Below are positions 26,859 to 38,000 of a DNA stretch of 64,000 nt, piece by piece. Position 1 is the first letter of the stretch, and each line of letters starts with the position of its first letter. Origin of the DNA: Raillietiella orientalis (taxonomy: Eukaryota). Below the pieces are notes generated by a model, which worked only from the letters and a program-made list of their open reading frames with translations, searched no databases and was not told the origin of the DNA. The position numbers and the translations under genes are program-made. The stretch spans positions 682,001 through 746,000 of the forward strand of contig JAYWIR010000037.1 of the NCBI GenBank assembly GCA_036172245.1, given 5' to 3'.

Positions 26859-29800
26859 CACCACCTACAAGGATATTCAAGAAAATCATTTTATAGAGAT
26901 AGCAAATGGTAATTTCATTTAGCCAAAATATCTTCACTGAAATTTTATGCAAGTTTTTTTTAGCAAGGAAATGTTTAGCAAGTATATGTTAGATGCTGTC
27001 CAAGTTCATAGATTACAATCTGATGGTGATAATTAATTAATAGATACAAATCATCAAGGACTTAAATCATTTGCTTTGCTCCTGATCTTGTATTCTATTG
27101 ATTTTGTTTGTGTTCTTATTTTTTTCATGTTCAGATTGATATTGGCAGGTATCAGTTAATTTCATCCACCTAATTATGTATGATGAGTATACAACTCTTC
27201 ATGTTTTTGTTCATGTGAATATCTAATGCATTCAAAATATTTGTCAGGTTCAGGATATTGATTTGTTCCTATTTTCTTTTATTATTTGATTGATCTTTGT
27301 TTTGTTTGTGAGTGTTCTGGATCAATTTTTTTTTAAAGGGGATGACTACTCTTTAAAAGTTTATAGTAAATCATTGACTGCAGCTTATTTAATTTATCTA
27401 TTAATTAATGTTTTCTATCTGCCTATTTAATTATCCACGTAAATTGTAAACTGGACATCAGCTGTACTTTTAATTCTTTTTTTTTATTTAAATCTTTATT
27501 TACGATTTCATTTAATTGTTTTCCTATGATCTTACAATTTCTTGTTTCTATGTCAAGAAATAGAAAGATAATTACTTTAAGCCTTTATTCTTTCTTTATA
27601 GCTTCATGTGTATACTTTAAGGGAAAATTATTTTGTGGATTACTTGGGAGAATTCACATTAATGATTGAGAAATGTTGTTCTTAGGATTGTTTACAATGT
27701 GGTGTTCAGCCATATTTAAAGGATCAACATGATTTTCAACAGGAACAAATGGAAAAATGGATTTATACAGAGCCTGTAATTTCTGATTATTTATATGGAA
27801 CAGATGTTCATGTAAGTGGGGTGGAATCCATATGTGTTTTAAAAGCACGTACAATTTTAGTATTCACAATCTCCTTATTTGAAAAAGTGTCAACAATTAT
27901 GTTGTTATATAAATAAGCACTTGTTAGAGGAAAACGGCCACTGGAGTTATGTAGATTCCATGAACATTTCAACAGATGAAATTATTGGAAACACACTTGA
28001 GCTAGCTAAACTGCAGGTACATACAGGAGAAATTTCTCCATACAACATTTAGAAGTATAATAGGTTTCTGAAGATATGGATTCAAAGTCACGTATTTCTG
28101 CTATTCATCATATTCATCTACGAAAAAGAAGGGCTTTATCAGATTTATTTCATTACCTTGCTTTTTGTGGGTTATCTTTCAAAAAAGGAATTTCATTAAG
28201 TTTTCAAGACTTGGAAAATTCATGTTTTGCATGTCTTCCCCTTGATTTGGATGTAGCATTTTCTACCATAAGTGGAATAAGGTAAGGATGAGTGATTTCA
28301 TTGTCAGAATAGTTTGGAAAGTTGACATGCCTTGCAGGAGCGCTTCAGATGTTCTAACTTTGCAGTTATGGAAAAACTGTCACATCAACTTTTATCGTTG
28401 TATTTCTCAGCTTGCTTTATTGTCAGTGACATCTTCAACTCCATCTCCAGAAATCAATTTTAACATTGTGACTCGTTGCAGGGGCTTTGCTGCCCATTTT
28501 ATGGTAAGTATTTTGATTTCTGTTGCATATGCTATAAGCATTCATTAGCACCTAGTCGTACGACAGCGGTCCTATTTACCTAATATTTTTCATCAGTTTA
28601 TTCTGTTGAAAAAAAAATCTTTTTCAATAAAGAAGAGAATATCCCATAAACTGAATTTTCATAATATTAATCAAACACAGTTTTTTGAAAAAATGGTAAG
28701 AATCCTCAGGGATTATATTGTTATTTACTTTTCTACCAAAGAGAAAATTTCGATGGTTGATAAGTGAAACCATCAGGTTAGTAGAAGAATACCTGCTATT
28801 GACCAAAGACAACAGTTTAAGGGAGTTTTTAAGAGAAAATTTGCAAGATTTAAAACAGGAATCTCATGATATAATGCAGATGCTTAATGCTTCAGATTCT
28901 GCGAATAATGTGGCTTTTTTTCATCCATCAGATCTGTCATCTTTTATTAGAATCATGCAAATATTGGAAAAAATATTGAATCATCAGGCTGTCATTGAAC
29001 ATCCTATCATTAAACAAAGTTTAAGTGAATTGCTTAATTATATGAGGGAACATGTTTATAGAAAGTCAAACGAAGTTCAACATCACGTGGAACTTTCAAA
29101 TGTACATGTAGATGATAAGGCAGACCACCATTTGGAAAATGCCATTCTAATCTGTGTTCAAGAAGTGTATCAGTCTGTTAATCAAACAGTTCCCAAGTTA
29201 GATGCGATTCAAAATAGAATAGATTTTCACTATAGATTATATTTACTTCTTCAACCTGAGATAATTTTATCAAAATTAAACGCATTTCTGATAGCAATAG
29301 ATCATTGTGTTCACGAAGACAGGGAAAGATTTCAGCTGTAAGTAATTTTAAAACAATTGTAGGATTACTTGCTTTGATATTAGTGCAGCAAACAGAATTA
29401 GTCCTTTACTGAATAATTATATATTGTTATTGCACTCCGTTGCAAATATTCTGTTATTCGAATACCGTTGTTCGATCCGACTTCTGTCTGTATTATTGAA
29501 ATTCTTCAATCAGTTAATGCAAAAGGTAAGAAAAGAAATATCGGAGAGACATATTTTGTTCTAGGGATTTTGCTTACCCCCCGAATATCTGGAGAAACTT
29601 CGAGAGAAGGAAAATGAACTTTATAAAGAAATACAGGATGCTGGCTTTGGAGAAGGTGAAGGTAGTCAAGATGTTTCATCAAAAATCGAATCCCAAGATC
29701 AGATTGAGGATTCTTTAAAGGATGGTCAGAATACTGAATCAGGAGATAAACAAGTCGAGGTTTGTAGTTGATTTGGTGAACAATGAATTGTATAAGATGA

Positions 29801-32633
29801 TTATTATAGGAAGATAATGGAATTGAGATGGAAGAAGATATAGACGGCATTAATCAGAATACATCTGAAGGAAATGAACAGAAAAGTGACTCTGATGATG
29901 TAGATGAAGAACTGGGTCAAAATGAAGAAAATACGAAAAAACTGGATGAAAAGGTATAAGCAATTGATTGCATTGGTAATCATGTCTGGTAGCTTTGGGG
30001 GAGTGATTCAGAGCTTGATGATCAAATGGAGGAACTTGAAAACCAAGGAAGTGGACACGATCCCCAGACTCAAGTTGCTGCAAGTGAAAGATCTGAAATA
30101 AAAAACTCTAATATGCAGGGAATGAATCATCCTGAACTTGAAGATGAGATGCTTAGCGATAAAGAATTTGAGGATTTATACTATAATCAAGAAAACCAGT
30201 ATCCAGAGCCTGAAAACTTCGACATCCCTGAAAATCAAAACGATAGCTTCCTAGAATCCGATGAACTTCCCCAAGGTATTTTTAGCTTTAATGTAGTCGC
30301 ATATATGTAACTATTTACAAAGATGCAGATGAGAATAATCAAGATGATTTGGAAACTCTTGAAGAACCTGAAATACAAGAAGAAAATAATGAAACTGCGG
30401 ACCATAATGAAAATGAAGATTTATCTCTTTCGCCTATAAATGAAAGTTATAAATCCGAGTTTGATATAGGTCAAGAAGCAGAAACTCAAGAAGAAAATTG
30501 GGATGATAACCCAGACAACGAGGCTAAAAATCAAAAAGAAAATTGTAGTAATGAGCCAGAGAATGAGGCTCAGAATGACTTAAAAGAAAGAACTCCTTCC
30601 TCTGTTTTTGGCCAATCTGAAGCCAATCGAAATACGGATTTATTTGAAGAAAATGTTACGGAAATAATAGATGAAAACCGAAGCACTGAAGCTGAAGACA
30701 AAAATTATGGGCGTGGATCTTGCGGAAAGTTTGCTGGTGAAATCTCCGGCAGTCTAAGTGAACAAAAACCTTCTAATCAAACGAATGGCAAATTACATCA
30801 TCAATCCAGGAAGCGGAAATCACGAGGAGAAAATGAGCGGTTATTAGGTACAATTCTTTCATGAAGATTAAATTTCAATTAAAGTTCAACTTCAATATTT
30901 AGGATCTGTTAAGGATCATCCAAAACATGCCAAGGTGATTGAAGGAAACATTTCAGAAGAAACGTTTTCCGATCAAGATGCGCAGACATCGGGAGAAGTA
31001 GGTGGTTCTTCTAATATATTGTTTCTAATGAAATCAGGATTTTGAATGTTACCAACATTTAAAGCAAGGAATGTCTTCAGAGCAGGAAGTTTTAGATAGT
31101 GCAAAACCTGAAGAAGCAGCTACTCAGTCCATTAAGGACACTCTGGAACAGGAGGAAAAGGAATCTGAACCGGATCAGCATGAAAATGACGAGAAAGGTT
31201 GGTTGATGGGATGGCTGGGAAGAACTTTATTAATTATGTTTACTGATAGTATTTGTGACTCCACAAACTGATGTAGAAATTTTCTTCAATAAAAATGAGA
31301 AAGACAGAACGAGGAAATTGACTGCCGATGAACTAGCCGATGATTTAACTTTTGATGAGTCAGAATATATCAAAACAATAGATGCTCGTCGTAACACCAT
31401 TAGTACTTGGTACACACAACTGGATAAGTTATGCTGGAGAAGTGCTTTTACAGCATCATTGCCATTGAACACCATGGAGGTTTGTGAGGTAATATTCTGT
31501 CGAAGTTTTTGTATGTGTAAAATCTAAATGTGAATGTTCGTATTAGAACGAAAACGCCTTGAACCCTGTGCCAAATGCAGAAAATTTATGGTTCCACTAC
31601 CGTTTATCAACTCAACAACTAGCCTACAGTATGTGTGATCAACTGCGTCTTATTCTGGAACCTTCACTTGCTACAAGGTTAAAGGGTGATTATCGGTCTG
31701 GAAAACGTCTAAACATGAGAAAAGTATGTAGTGTGTAAGATATGTTGAACATGTTAACCATTGGTTGGTTGAATAGATCATACCCTATGTGGCTAGCAAC
31801 TTTCGTAAAGATAAGATTTGGCTGCGTCGTACTAAACCATCAAAAAGAGATTATCAAATTGTTATAGCATTAGATAATTCAGCCAGCATGCATGATAATC
31901 ATTCTCGGAAGTTAGCCTTTGAATCATTAGCACTGATTGCTAATGCCCTGACTTTAGTTGAAGCAGGTCAGCTTGCAATAATCAGCTTTGGAGAACATAT
32001 ACAATTTGTTCACACATTCGGTGAACCGTTTACAGATATAGTAGGATCAAGGTAGCTTTTTCTTTTTATGATATAATTGTTTATTTGAAATTTTACTACG
32101 CCTTTTACTATACTTTTTCTCTTCTGGTTCTGATTCGTGGAATTGCCTTGCAGATTGGTTAATCAGTTTAGATTTGAAGACAAACGAACACGGGTTGCTG
32201 AGATGGTAAAATATGTGGTTCATTGGTGGAAATCTCAGAAAGTACCTGCTGATATTGATGTAGCACAGTTGATGATAGTGATTTCTGATGGTCGTGGAGT
32301 TTTTCATGAGGGTGAACAGAAAGTTCAACAAGCAGTGCAAGAAGCGATAGATAGGCAAATTTTGCTTGTAGCAATAATTGTGGATGAGCCAAATAGCTCT
32401 GTAAGAAACTTTGAATGATTTCGTAGCATGTATGTTTGTGTTCCCAGCACTCCATTTTGGACATTAAAATGCCAGTGTTTGGAGAAGACGGCAAGCTAAA
32501 GAACATTACTTCTTATATGGAAAACTTTCCCTTCCCATTTTATGTATTATTGCAAGATATAGACGCATTGCCTATGGTCTTAAGTGATGCATTAAGACAG
32601 TGGTTTGAATTGATAACTGTTCATCGAACTTAA
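376..32633 (+). CDS. MDN1: Midasin (MDN1/Rea1), dynein-related AAA+ ATPase for pre-60S ribosome maturation; complete multi-exon gene, about 4,989 aa
   Basis: Hand-traced exons with matching phases: 376-477, 577-779, 1041-1271, 1356-1617, 4727-4874, 4955-5082, 5132-5295, 5473-5602, 7494-7654, 7974-11102, 11153-11293, 11356-11525, 11703-11911, 11956-12078, 12122-12544, 12590-12817, 12926-13054, 14179-14335, 15152-15360, 17563-17771, 17921-18090, 18134-18916, 20297-20555, 20605-20763, 20960-21126, 21177-21520, 21571-21737, 21790-22123, 22168-22356, 22405-22626, 22677-22906, 22947-23123, 23205-23489, 23537-23813, 23891-24117, 24168-24373, 24426-24649, 27918-28016, 28064-28281, 28338-28503, 28549-28695, 28742-29337, 29384-29525, 29565-29759, 29810-29953, 29993-30275, 30323-30847, 30903-30997, 31038-31197, 31250-31488, 31547-31723, 31777-32051, 32154-32400, 32448-32633 (sum 14,970 nt, divisible by 3). 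Repeated AAA modules (GxxGxGKT / WILLDE.NLA / NP...GG / RNRF), GFCLP..GFGEGEG motif, GDYRSGKRLNMRK-IIPYVASNFRKDKIWLRRTKPSKRDYQ and C-terminal DALRQWFE are midasin hallmarks. Identity is secure; the start codon and some linker-exon boundaries are less certain. Confidence 0.97.
4727..5295 (+). other. Midasin AAA1 module (exons 5-7)
   Basis: Translated spliced exons: PVLIKGPISSGKTSLIEYLA (Walker A), LLGTYKCLDIPGEFTWEAGPLTQ-AVKQGGWILLEDID (Walker B region), IKAHPEFRLFATQR. Confidence 0.9.
7974..11102 (+). CDS. MDN1: Midasin exon 10 (3,129 nt) encoding AAA2, AAA3 and AAA4 modules
   Basis: Lies inside ORF 7891..11142; acceptor TTTCAG at 7973. Walker A GETGVGKT, GNTSVGKT and GPTGCGKT, each with a Walker B (WILLDEINLA, WIILDELNLA, YLVDEISLA) and an RNRF arginine finger. 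Confidence 0.96.
11703..12544 (+). other. Midasin AAA5 module (exons 13-15)
   Basis: PILLEGSPGCGKTSL, INLSEQT-DITDLFGSDLP, WVILDE-LNLASQSVLEGLNACLDHRGE, QNPFHQGGGRKGLPRSFLNRF. Confidence 0.93.
12790..17960 (+). other. Midasin AAA6 module (degenerate Walker A and B), spread over exons 16-21
   Basis: WMVIL-VGSQESNKIQLVHLLA, MDATELLGGFEQ, GQFEWIESVLVQ-ALQKGHWLLMNNINLCSPSVLDRLNGLLEPDG, PHPNFRIFFTMDPKFGEISR-AMKNRGVEIY. Confidence 0.88.
26808..26858. repeat. (TG)9 microsatellite joined to a poly-T tract
   Basis: Direct reading; in midasin intron 37. Confidence 0.9.
29565..31488 (+). other. Midasin acidic D/E-rich region
   Basis: Exons dominated by E/D/N/Q (e.g. ORF 30349..30864), following the GFGEGEGSQDVS and LDEK-LWG motifs. 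Confidence 0.88.
31547..32633 (+). other. Midasin C-terminal MIDAS (VWA) domain
   Basis: DxSxS motif (ALDNSASM), Thr in FEDKRTRV, Asp in ISDGRG, then YMENFPFPFY..DALRQWFE; stop TAA at 32631-32633. Confidence 0.95.
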
Positions 32634-33054
32634 TGATTTTGTGACAGCAGACTTGTTAAAGTAGTAATTTAATTATTGCATCGGTCCAGTGTGGTTTGCT
32701 CAACTTAAACTCTGAACACATTTGTGAGAAAGTATGGTAATTTTCGTTTATGGATTTATGGATTTTTTTTTTTTTTTTTTAATGATCTCAGGGAAGAGCA
32801 TTTGATTTGCAGTGAATATTATCATGAAGAGATCTTGAGTTGGGTGGGAGAAGACCCTGTGATTATCTGCTGTTATGTGTGCAAGTTACACTGTTGGGTA
32901 GTTTAGGTGCCATATACACAAAGGTGCTAATTGAAAAACTGTCTTGTGCAGCACCCAGTGTGGAGCACATTAAAGTTATGAAGAAGTTTTGTCAGTTTAC
33001 GTCATATCATTTTTATTTTCTGACATTAGAATAATTTTGATAAAATTTGTAAGA

Positions 33055-33060
33055 AATAAA
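33055..33060 (+). terminator. Probable midasin polyadenylation signal AATAAA
   Basis: First AATAAA I see after the stop codon (about 420 nt downstream), followed by T/GT-rich sequence. Confidence 0.5.
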
Positions 33061-34655
33061 ACTAATTCTTCATTCCATTTCTTAATGTACTTAGTAATGT
33101 TTATTCAGAGTTTGACAAGGGTCTATTTGTGGGAGATTTCAGTATGAAGCCAAGTGATCATCGTTTCAGTCAAATGAATTTGTTAATAAGATAGTTTTCA
33201 ATTTACAAGCTCCATCCAATCAATCTAGAAGAGAAGGGAGGAGCTGTGTGAATTTTTTTGTTTCTAGTTGGGGAACATACAAGGCAGGTTTTCGTATTAA
33301 TTGCATGTGGCTTCATAAAATGTTGCTTACTGATGTGTTTTTGTAAGAAATTAAAAATTTGGCATTACTTGAGAGTCAAAGTGTTTCACTATTCATGATT
33401 TTAATTCCCAAGCCTGATGAAATAATTTGCCCTTACATCATATTTTATGTACAGGTTTTTTTTTGGAGGGGGACATAACTGTTGATATCCTTTTTCCAGG
33501 TGGTCTTCAACCTTCAGCTTAGCAGAATTTCGACATTTACCTTTATTGAACAAAAAGAGAGTGCTGTCTATACACTTTAGGTTTTATAATCTGTAAAAAT
33601 GTTACTTTGGCATTTCCTAAATGTTTTACTACAACTGTATATATTCATTAATATGAGTACTGTATGAATATCAAAATTGGTTCAATATTAATGAAATGTT
33701 CTTCTAATATTTCGCTCCAGGATCAGTTGGTGCCCAACTATACAATAGCTGCTGTGCCACAAAAAAAAATATTTTTTTTCCATATTTATGTTCTACGAAG
33801 TCCCAGGTTTGGCATTGATAGCTAGACAAGAAAGAATCACATGAAGTTTTGTAATATCAAGAAAACATGCCATTTAAAATACCATGCAGCCAGCAAGCAT
33901 TGAGCTGTAAAACTGACAGAGTCCATGATCAGATAATTCTTTGTGCTGAATCTGATCTAACCTGCCTTTTTCTCCTCTGTTATGACAAGCAGTCTTTTTT
34001 TTCCATAGACTTATTGAAATATCCAAATGGACATAAACAAGCGAAGTAGACCCAGAAGTCTCCCTGCCTATTGCTTCTATTTGACTGCTAAGACATTGAA
34101 GAAAATTTGCTGCCAAGCAAACCTTCTTCAATGCTACAGTTCCGGGTTCTTGATCAGGAATCAAATTTAACGACACAATCTGTGCCAGTTTAAAGTAACG
34201 GTCCGAGGGCAGTACATCTGCGACGAAACAAATTACTTGCCTTTATAAAATTCCCTTTTCCAGGGCATAAAAGTTATTTCTCTTGTGCTAGGTAAATACG
34301 GTAGGTTCGTTGGCCTAACTTTTGAATCATTAACTATCACATACTCAGGCATTCATATATGATATACAAAACGTACAATGCAAAACTATCGTACGTGTTG
34401 ATTGATTTCGACTCAAGTGGCCTGATCACTGGTTCAAATTCTTTCTTACCAAAATAAAATCTGCCTATCATGATTTTTCCGTGCTCCTTGGTTCGGTAAG
34501 GCAGTTTTACTACTGAGATTCTGGTGATCAACTGATGGAAACTTATCATAGTGAAGAGTTTTTTTTTTTTTTTTTTTTTTTTTACAAGAGGATGGTTCGG
34601 AAACAGTTCCTTAGGTAGATAGTTTTCCATTTCAAGTTGCTATTCACAAAATGCA

Positions 34656-34720
34656 TCGAGGCCATAAAATATTAGAGCCATTCTGCAACCAATGGTTGCA
34701 AGAACATTTTATGGCCTTGA
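34656..34720. repeat. Nested inverted repeat (hairpin)
   Basis: TCGAGGCCATAAAAT ... ATTTTATGGCCTTGA (14/15 complementary) enclosing TGCAACCA-A-TGGTTGCA. Confidence 0.75.
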
Positions 34721-35058
34721 CACATCATTATGAGTTGGATCCATGTGTAATTTATTCTTCCGATGCACATTCGAGCCAATTGAGATTTAGAATGACAGAC
34801 ATAAATAGCTTACGCAGAATATGATTTTCCATAACTTCATGCCAACAATTTCCTCAGAAAGGCCGGAGGGCACGCTGAAGGCTTAAATCTATTTACACGT
34901 ACGCTCACTCTTTGCGAAAGAAAGAATATCAGGCTATTGCATTAAATCATTGATTAATGTAGTGTTGAGGATGAAAATAAATTGTAACCCGCTGGTCTTT
35001 TCATCAGTCTTCCGGAAAGCTCATTCATAAAAATGCAAATTTGCGGTTTCGCAAGTAC

Positions 35059-35081
35059 GGGGTGGGGTGGGGGTGGGGGGG
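35059..35081 (+). other. G-quadruplex-forming motif G4-T-G4-T-G5-T-G7
   Basis: Four runs of at least 4 G separated by single T loops. Confidence 0.8.
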
Positions 35082-38000
35082 AAGAAAGAAAATAGGTTTA
35101 TGAAACCATCCAGAAGGTATTCACAACCACACAGTATTTCTTTTGCAAAAGGATCCCTCAACTGAAGGCTTAGAAAGGACTTTAGCCTCAGGATCTCTCA
35201 CCAGAGAATCACTTCAAATAAGAACATCATTCCAGACGACGATTTTCTTTCTATAATAATAATGTGGCTGGCTGCAACTACTTGCACTCTCGTGTCGTGA
35301 TAAAGCACTAGGCTACGATTTCCTGGAACATCTATTAGGAGGAATTAACGAATACTTATGCTTTGTTATCACCGTAAAGTGATTCTGGCATTTGAAAGAT
35401 TCAGGCCCTCTGATTTTTTGAACTCACGTAAATCTCTGTATAATGAAAAAATAAGAAGAAAAATGCTTATTCTCGGAACTATTCGCCGTGGCGTCAAAAT
35501 CGTCCACTGATTCTGGGGTTTTGACTTTTGACGTTCAAGGTTTCCAATCTTCAACTACTCTTGTTGTCGATATTGTGGGCTGATAGAAATGTGGGCACCC
35601 CACCATAATAAACAACTGCATCTGCTTTTGAACTGCGGTGCCCTTGGAGCACCCCTTACTACCACCCAGAGAGCATAACCGGAAAATTGCTGTCGCCTTT
35701 CCTCACGCAGTAAGAGTCTCCGACTGCCTTATTGGTTACGTTGCATCTCATGCAACACAGGCCTGCTAGCTGCTCATGCATTGTCCGGTGGTCATCTGCA
35801 AAACTGCTTCCAAGCTAGCAATAGTAGTGGAGAACTGGTCTCATTCGGACAGGGGAATGAAGGAAGGCGTGGCGGAGATTACAGGCAAACTGTAGAAGAC
35901 GCAACGTAATTAACCGGAACCTGACTCCCTATATATGTATCATTTATCGCCTCCCTCTTTGCGTCGTTCTGGTCTTCGTGCCGCCAACCTGCAAGTCGAT
36001 GGTTTAGGACTCCCTGGCGACGACTTTGGCAGGAGTCACCTAGGAATGCATGTTGGTTGAGATCGATAAAATCTCCGGCGAGACCCTTAATTCTTTCTGA
36101 ATACTTTCTGGCTTCTGCCGACAGCTTTCTTGATATGAATTGTTGGCTCATTATGCCTTTTCGTATAAAAAAGACAGCGTCTCATATGGTAATTCGAAAT
36201 ATGTTGCGGTGTCTCCTCTCAACTTGGGCATGAGTAGCAGCAATGATCTTCCACTTTCCTCCTCTTCCCTTCCTTTTGATAAGGAAGAGGCTTAGCCAGT
36301 CAGCATGAATGAGGCAGAAATCTCTGGGAGCTACATGACTCGGGAAGAGACTCGATGATGATGGAAGAAAGAGGGGCACGGGACGTAGTTTCCTCCTGAT
36401 CGTGGAGATTCTCTACGAGGCGATTTCTATCCCATTCTCTGAGTCGCGCCAAGGCTTCTGCATGCTGCCATGCGGCGGCAAGTCTGTTTGTCAGATTCCG
36501 CCACCTACGGGTGGTTTCGATTCGTCCCCCATCCTGCAATATCCATTTATCTTGTCGATGCTTGCTTGTCTGAAGATGCCATCCACAGCGAACGTTGAGA
36601 ACTCATCCTGCGATCAAAAAGGGTGGACTTTCTGCGGACCACTATCCGGAAGGCATCGTGAGCGACATCTTCAGCAGAAGAGGTGAAGACGCTATCGACT
36701 GAGAGGTTGGTTATCCGCATGGAGTTTCTACTAAACAAACACAAAAGCAGACGAGCAATGCAACGCTAATGAATTGCGTTTCTGGAGTCTGCATTGCTCA
36801 TTTTCCCAGTAATCACGTACTTTTGATCTTTTCTATCCTCTCTATTTGGTTTCCCTGTCTGACTTTCCTTACCACAGACAGATTCCTCTACAGAGGAAAT
36901 TTGCCACCAGTTACGTAAATAACTGGCGGCAAATTTCCTCTGCCCTTTCGTGAGTACATCGTGAGGTTGCCATGACACCATTGGGTGCTTTATCCATAAA
37001 AGTCATCAGGATCTACGAGCACTTTGTTCGTCAGGAGTCATTTTGTTTATCTCCGTGTTCTTCTGTCCACTATAGAACGGGACTGTCATTTCATGCATTG
37101 TATCGTGGTCCCCAGTTCGCAAAGTCAGCAGCACACGTTCAGGATCATAATTTCATGGATGTCAATAGGGAAAATTTTCATGATCATCGCGTGGGTTTCG
37201 TGTAAATCGCTTCAAATTCAGGAGCCATAGCAGCCAGGGTCCTCGTGCCTCATCTTGTAATGGTTTCATGTTTTCCTATTCTTCTTGAGAACACAGGATA
37301 CTGTTGCGAAAAGGAAATCGATAACATCTTCCGGTTAGTTTCCATGAATCAAGAAAACCATGCAGATTAAACTGCTGTGGGACGAAGGCAGTCGTATTTC
37401 CCTTCATACTCGTGGAAGTCATGAGGCGAATAGCCAGTTCTCTTGTGGGGCATTGTTTCCGTCTTCGCTTAATCAACCTGAGTACATAAGCTGCAAAATA
37501 CGATCGAAAACAGCCAACGGTTCTCATCTTTTAGTTTCAACATAAAATGAAATGATGCCTCTTTCATCTCTAGGAATCGCAAGGCATAAAATCTCTAATT
37601 TGATGGCGATTTGAACCCAAGATGACCTACATCGCTAATATGATGGACTACATGAGTTTCTCTGTTTTATGCTGCCATCATTCATCGAATAACCCCACAT
37701 AACATCTCTTGTAACGTAATGCTAACATGAGAAACAAAAAAATAATAATAAAAACTCTGAAACGTGGCCTATAAGATGCACTTCAGGTTATAAACACAAG
37801 ATGTATGAGAAAGATAAGATTGGATCTGCGCTGGAAAGCAAATGGGGGCGATGCGGAGAATGATCCGGAGATCGGCACATCTCGAGCATGCAGCATCCTT
37901 CCGAGGATCCCACCATCAAGGACGCGAGGCCGAGGCACCAGCTCACCACAGCTTCCGCATCACGAATTTCCACGTACCGAATTTACTGCGCGGTAGGCAG

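Noticed and set aside
29565..29600. Apparent frameshift between GFCLP and GFGEGEG in midasin
   Set aside because: Recounting the C run (6 C) shows the frame is continuous: GFCLPPEYLEK.
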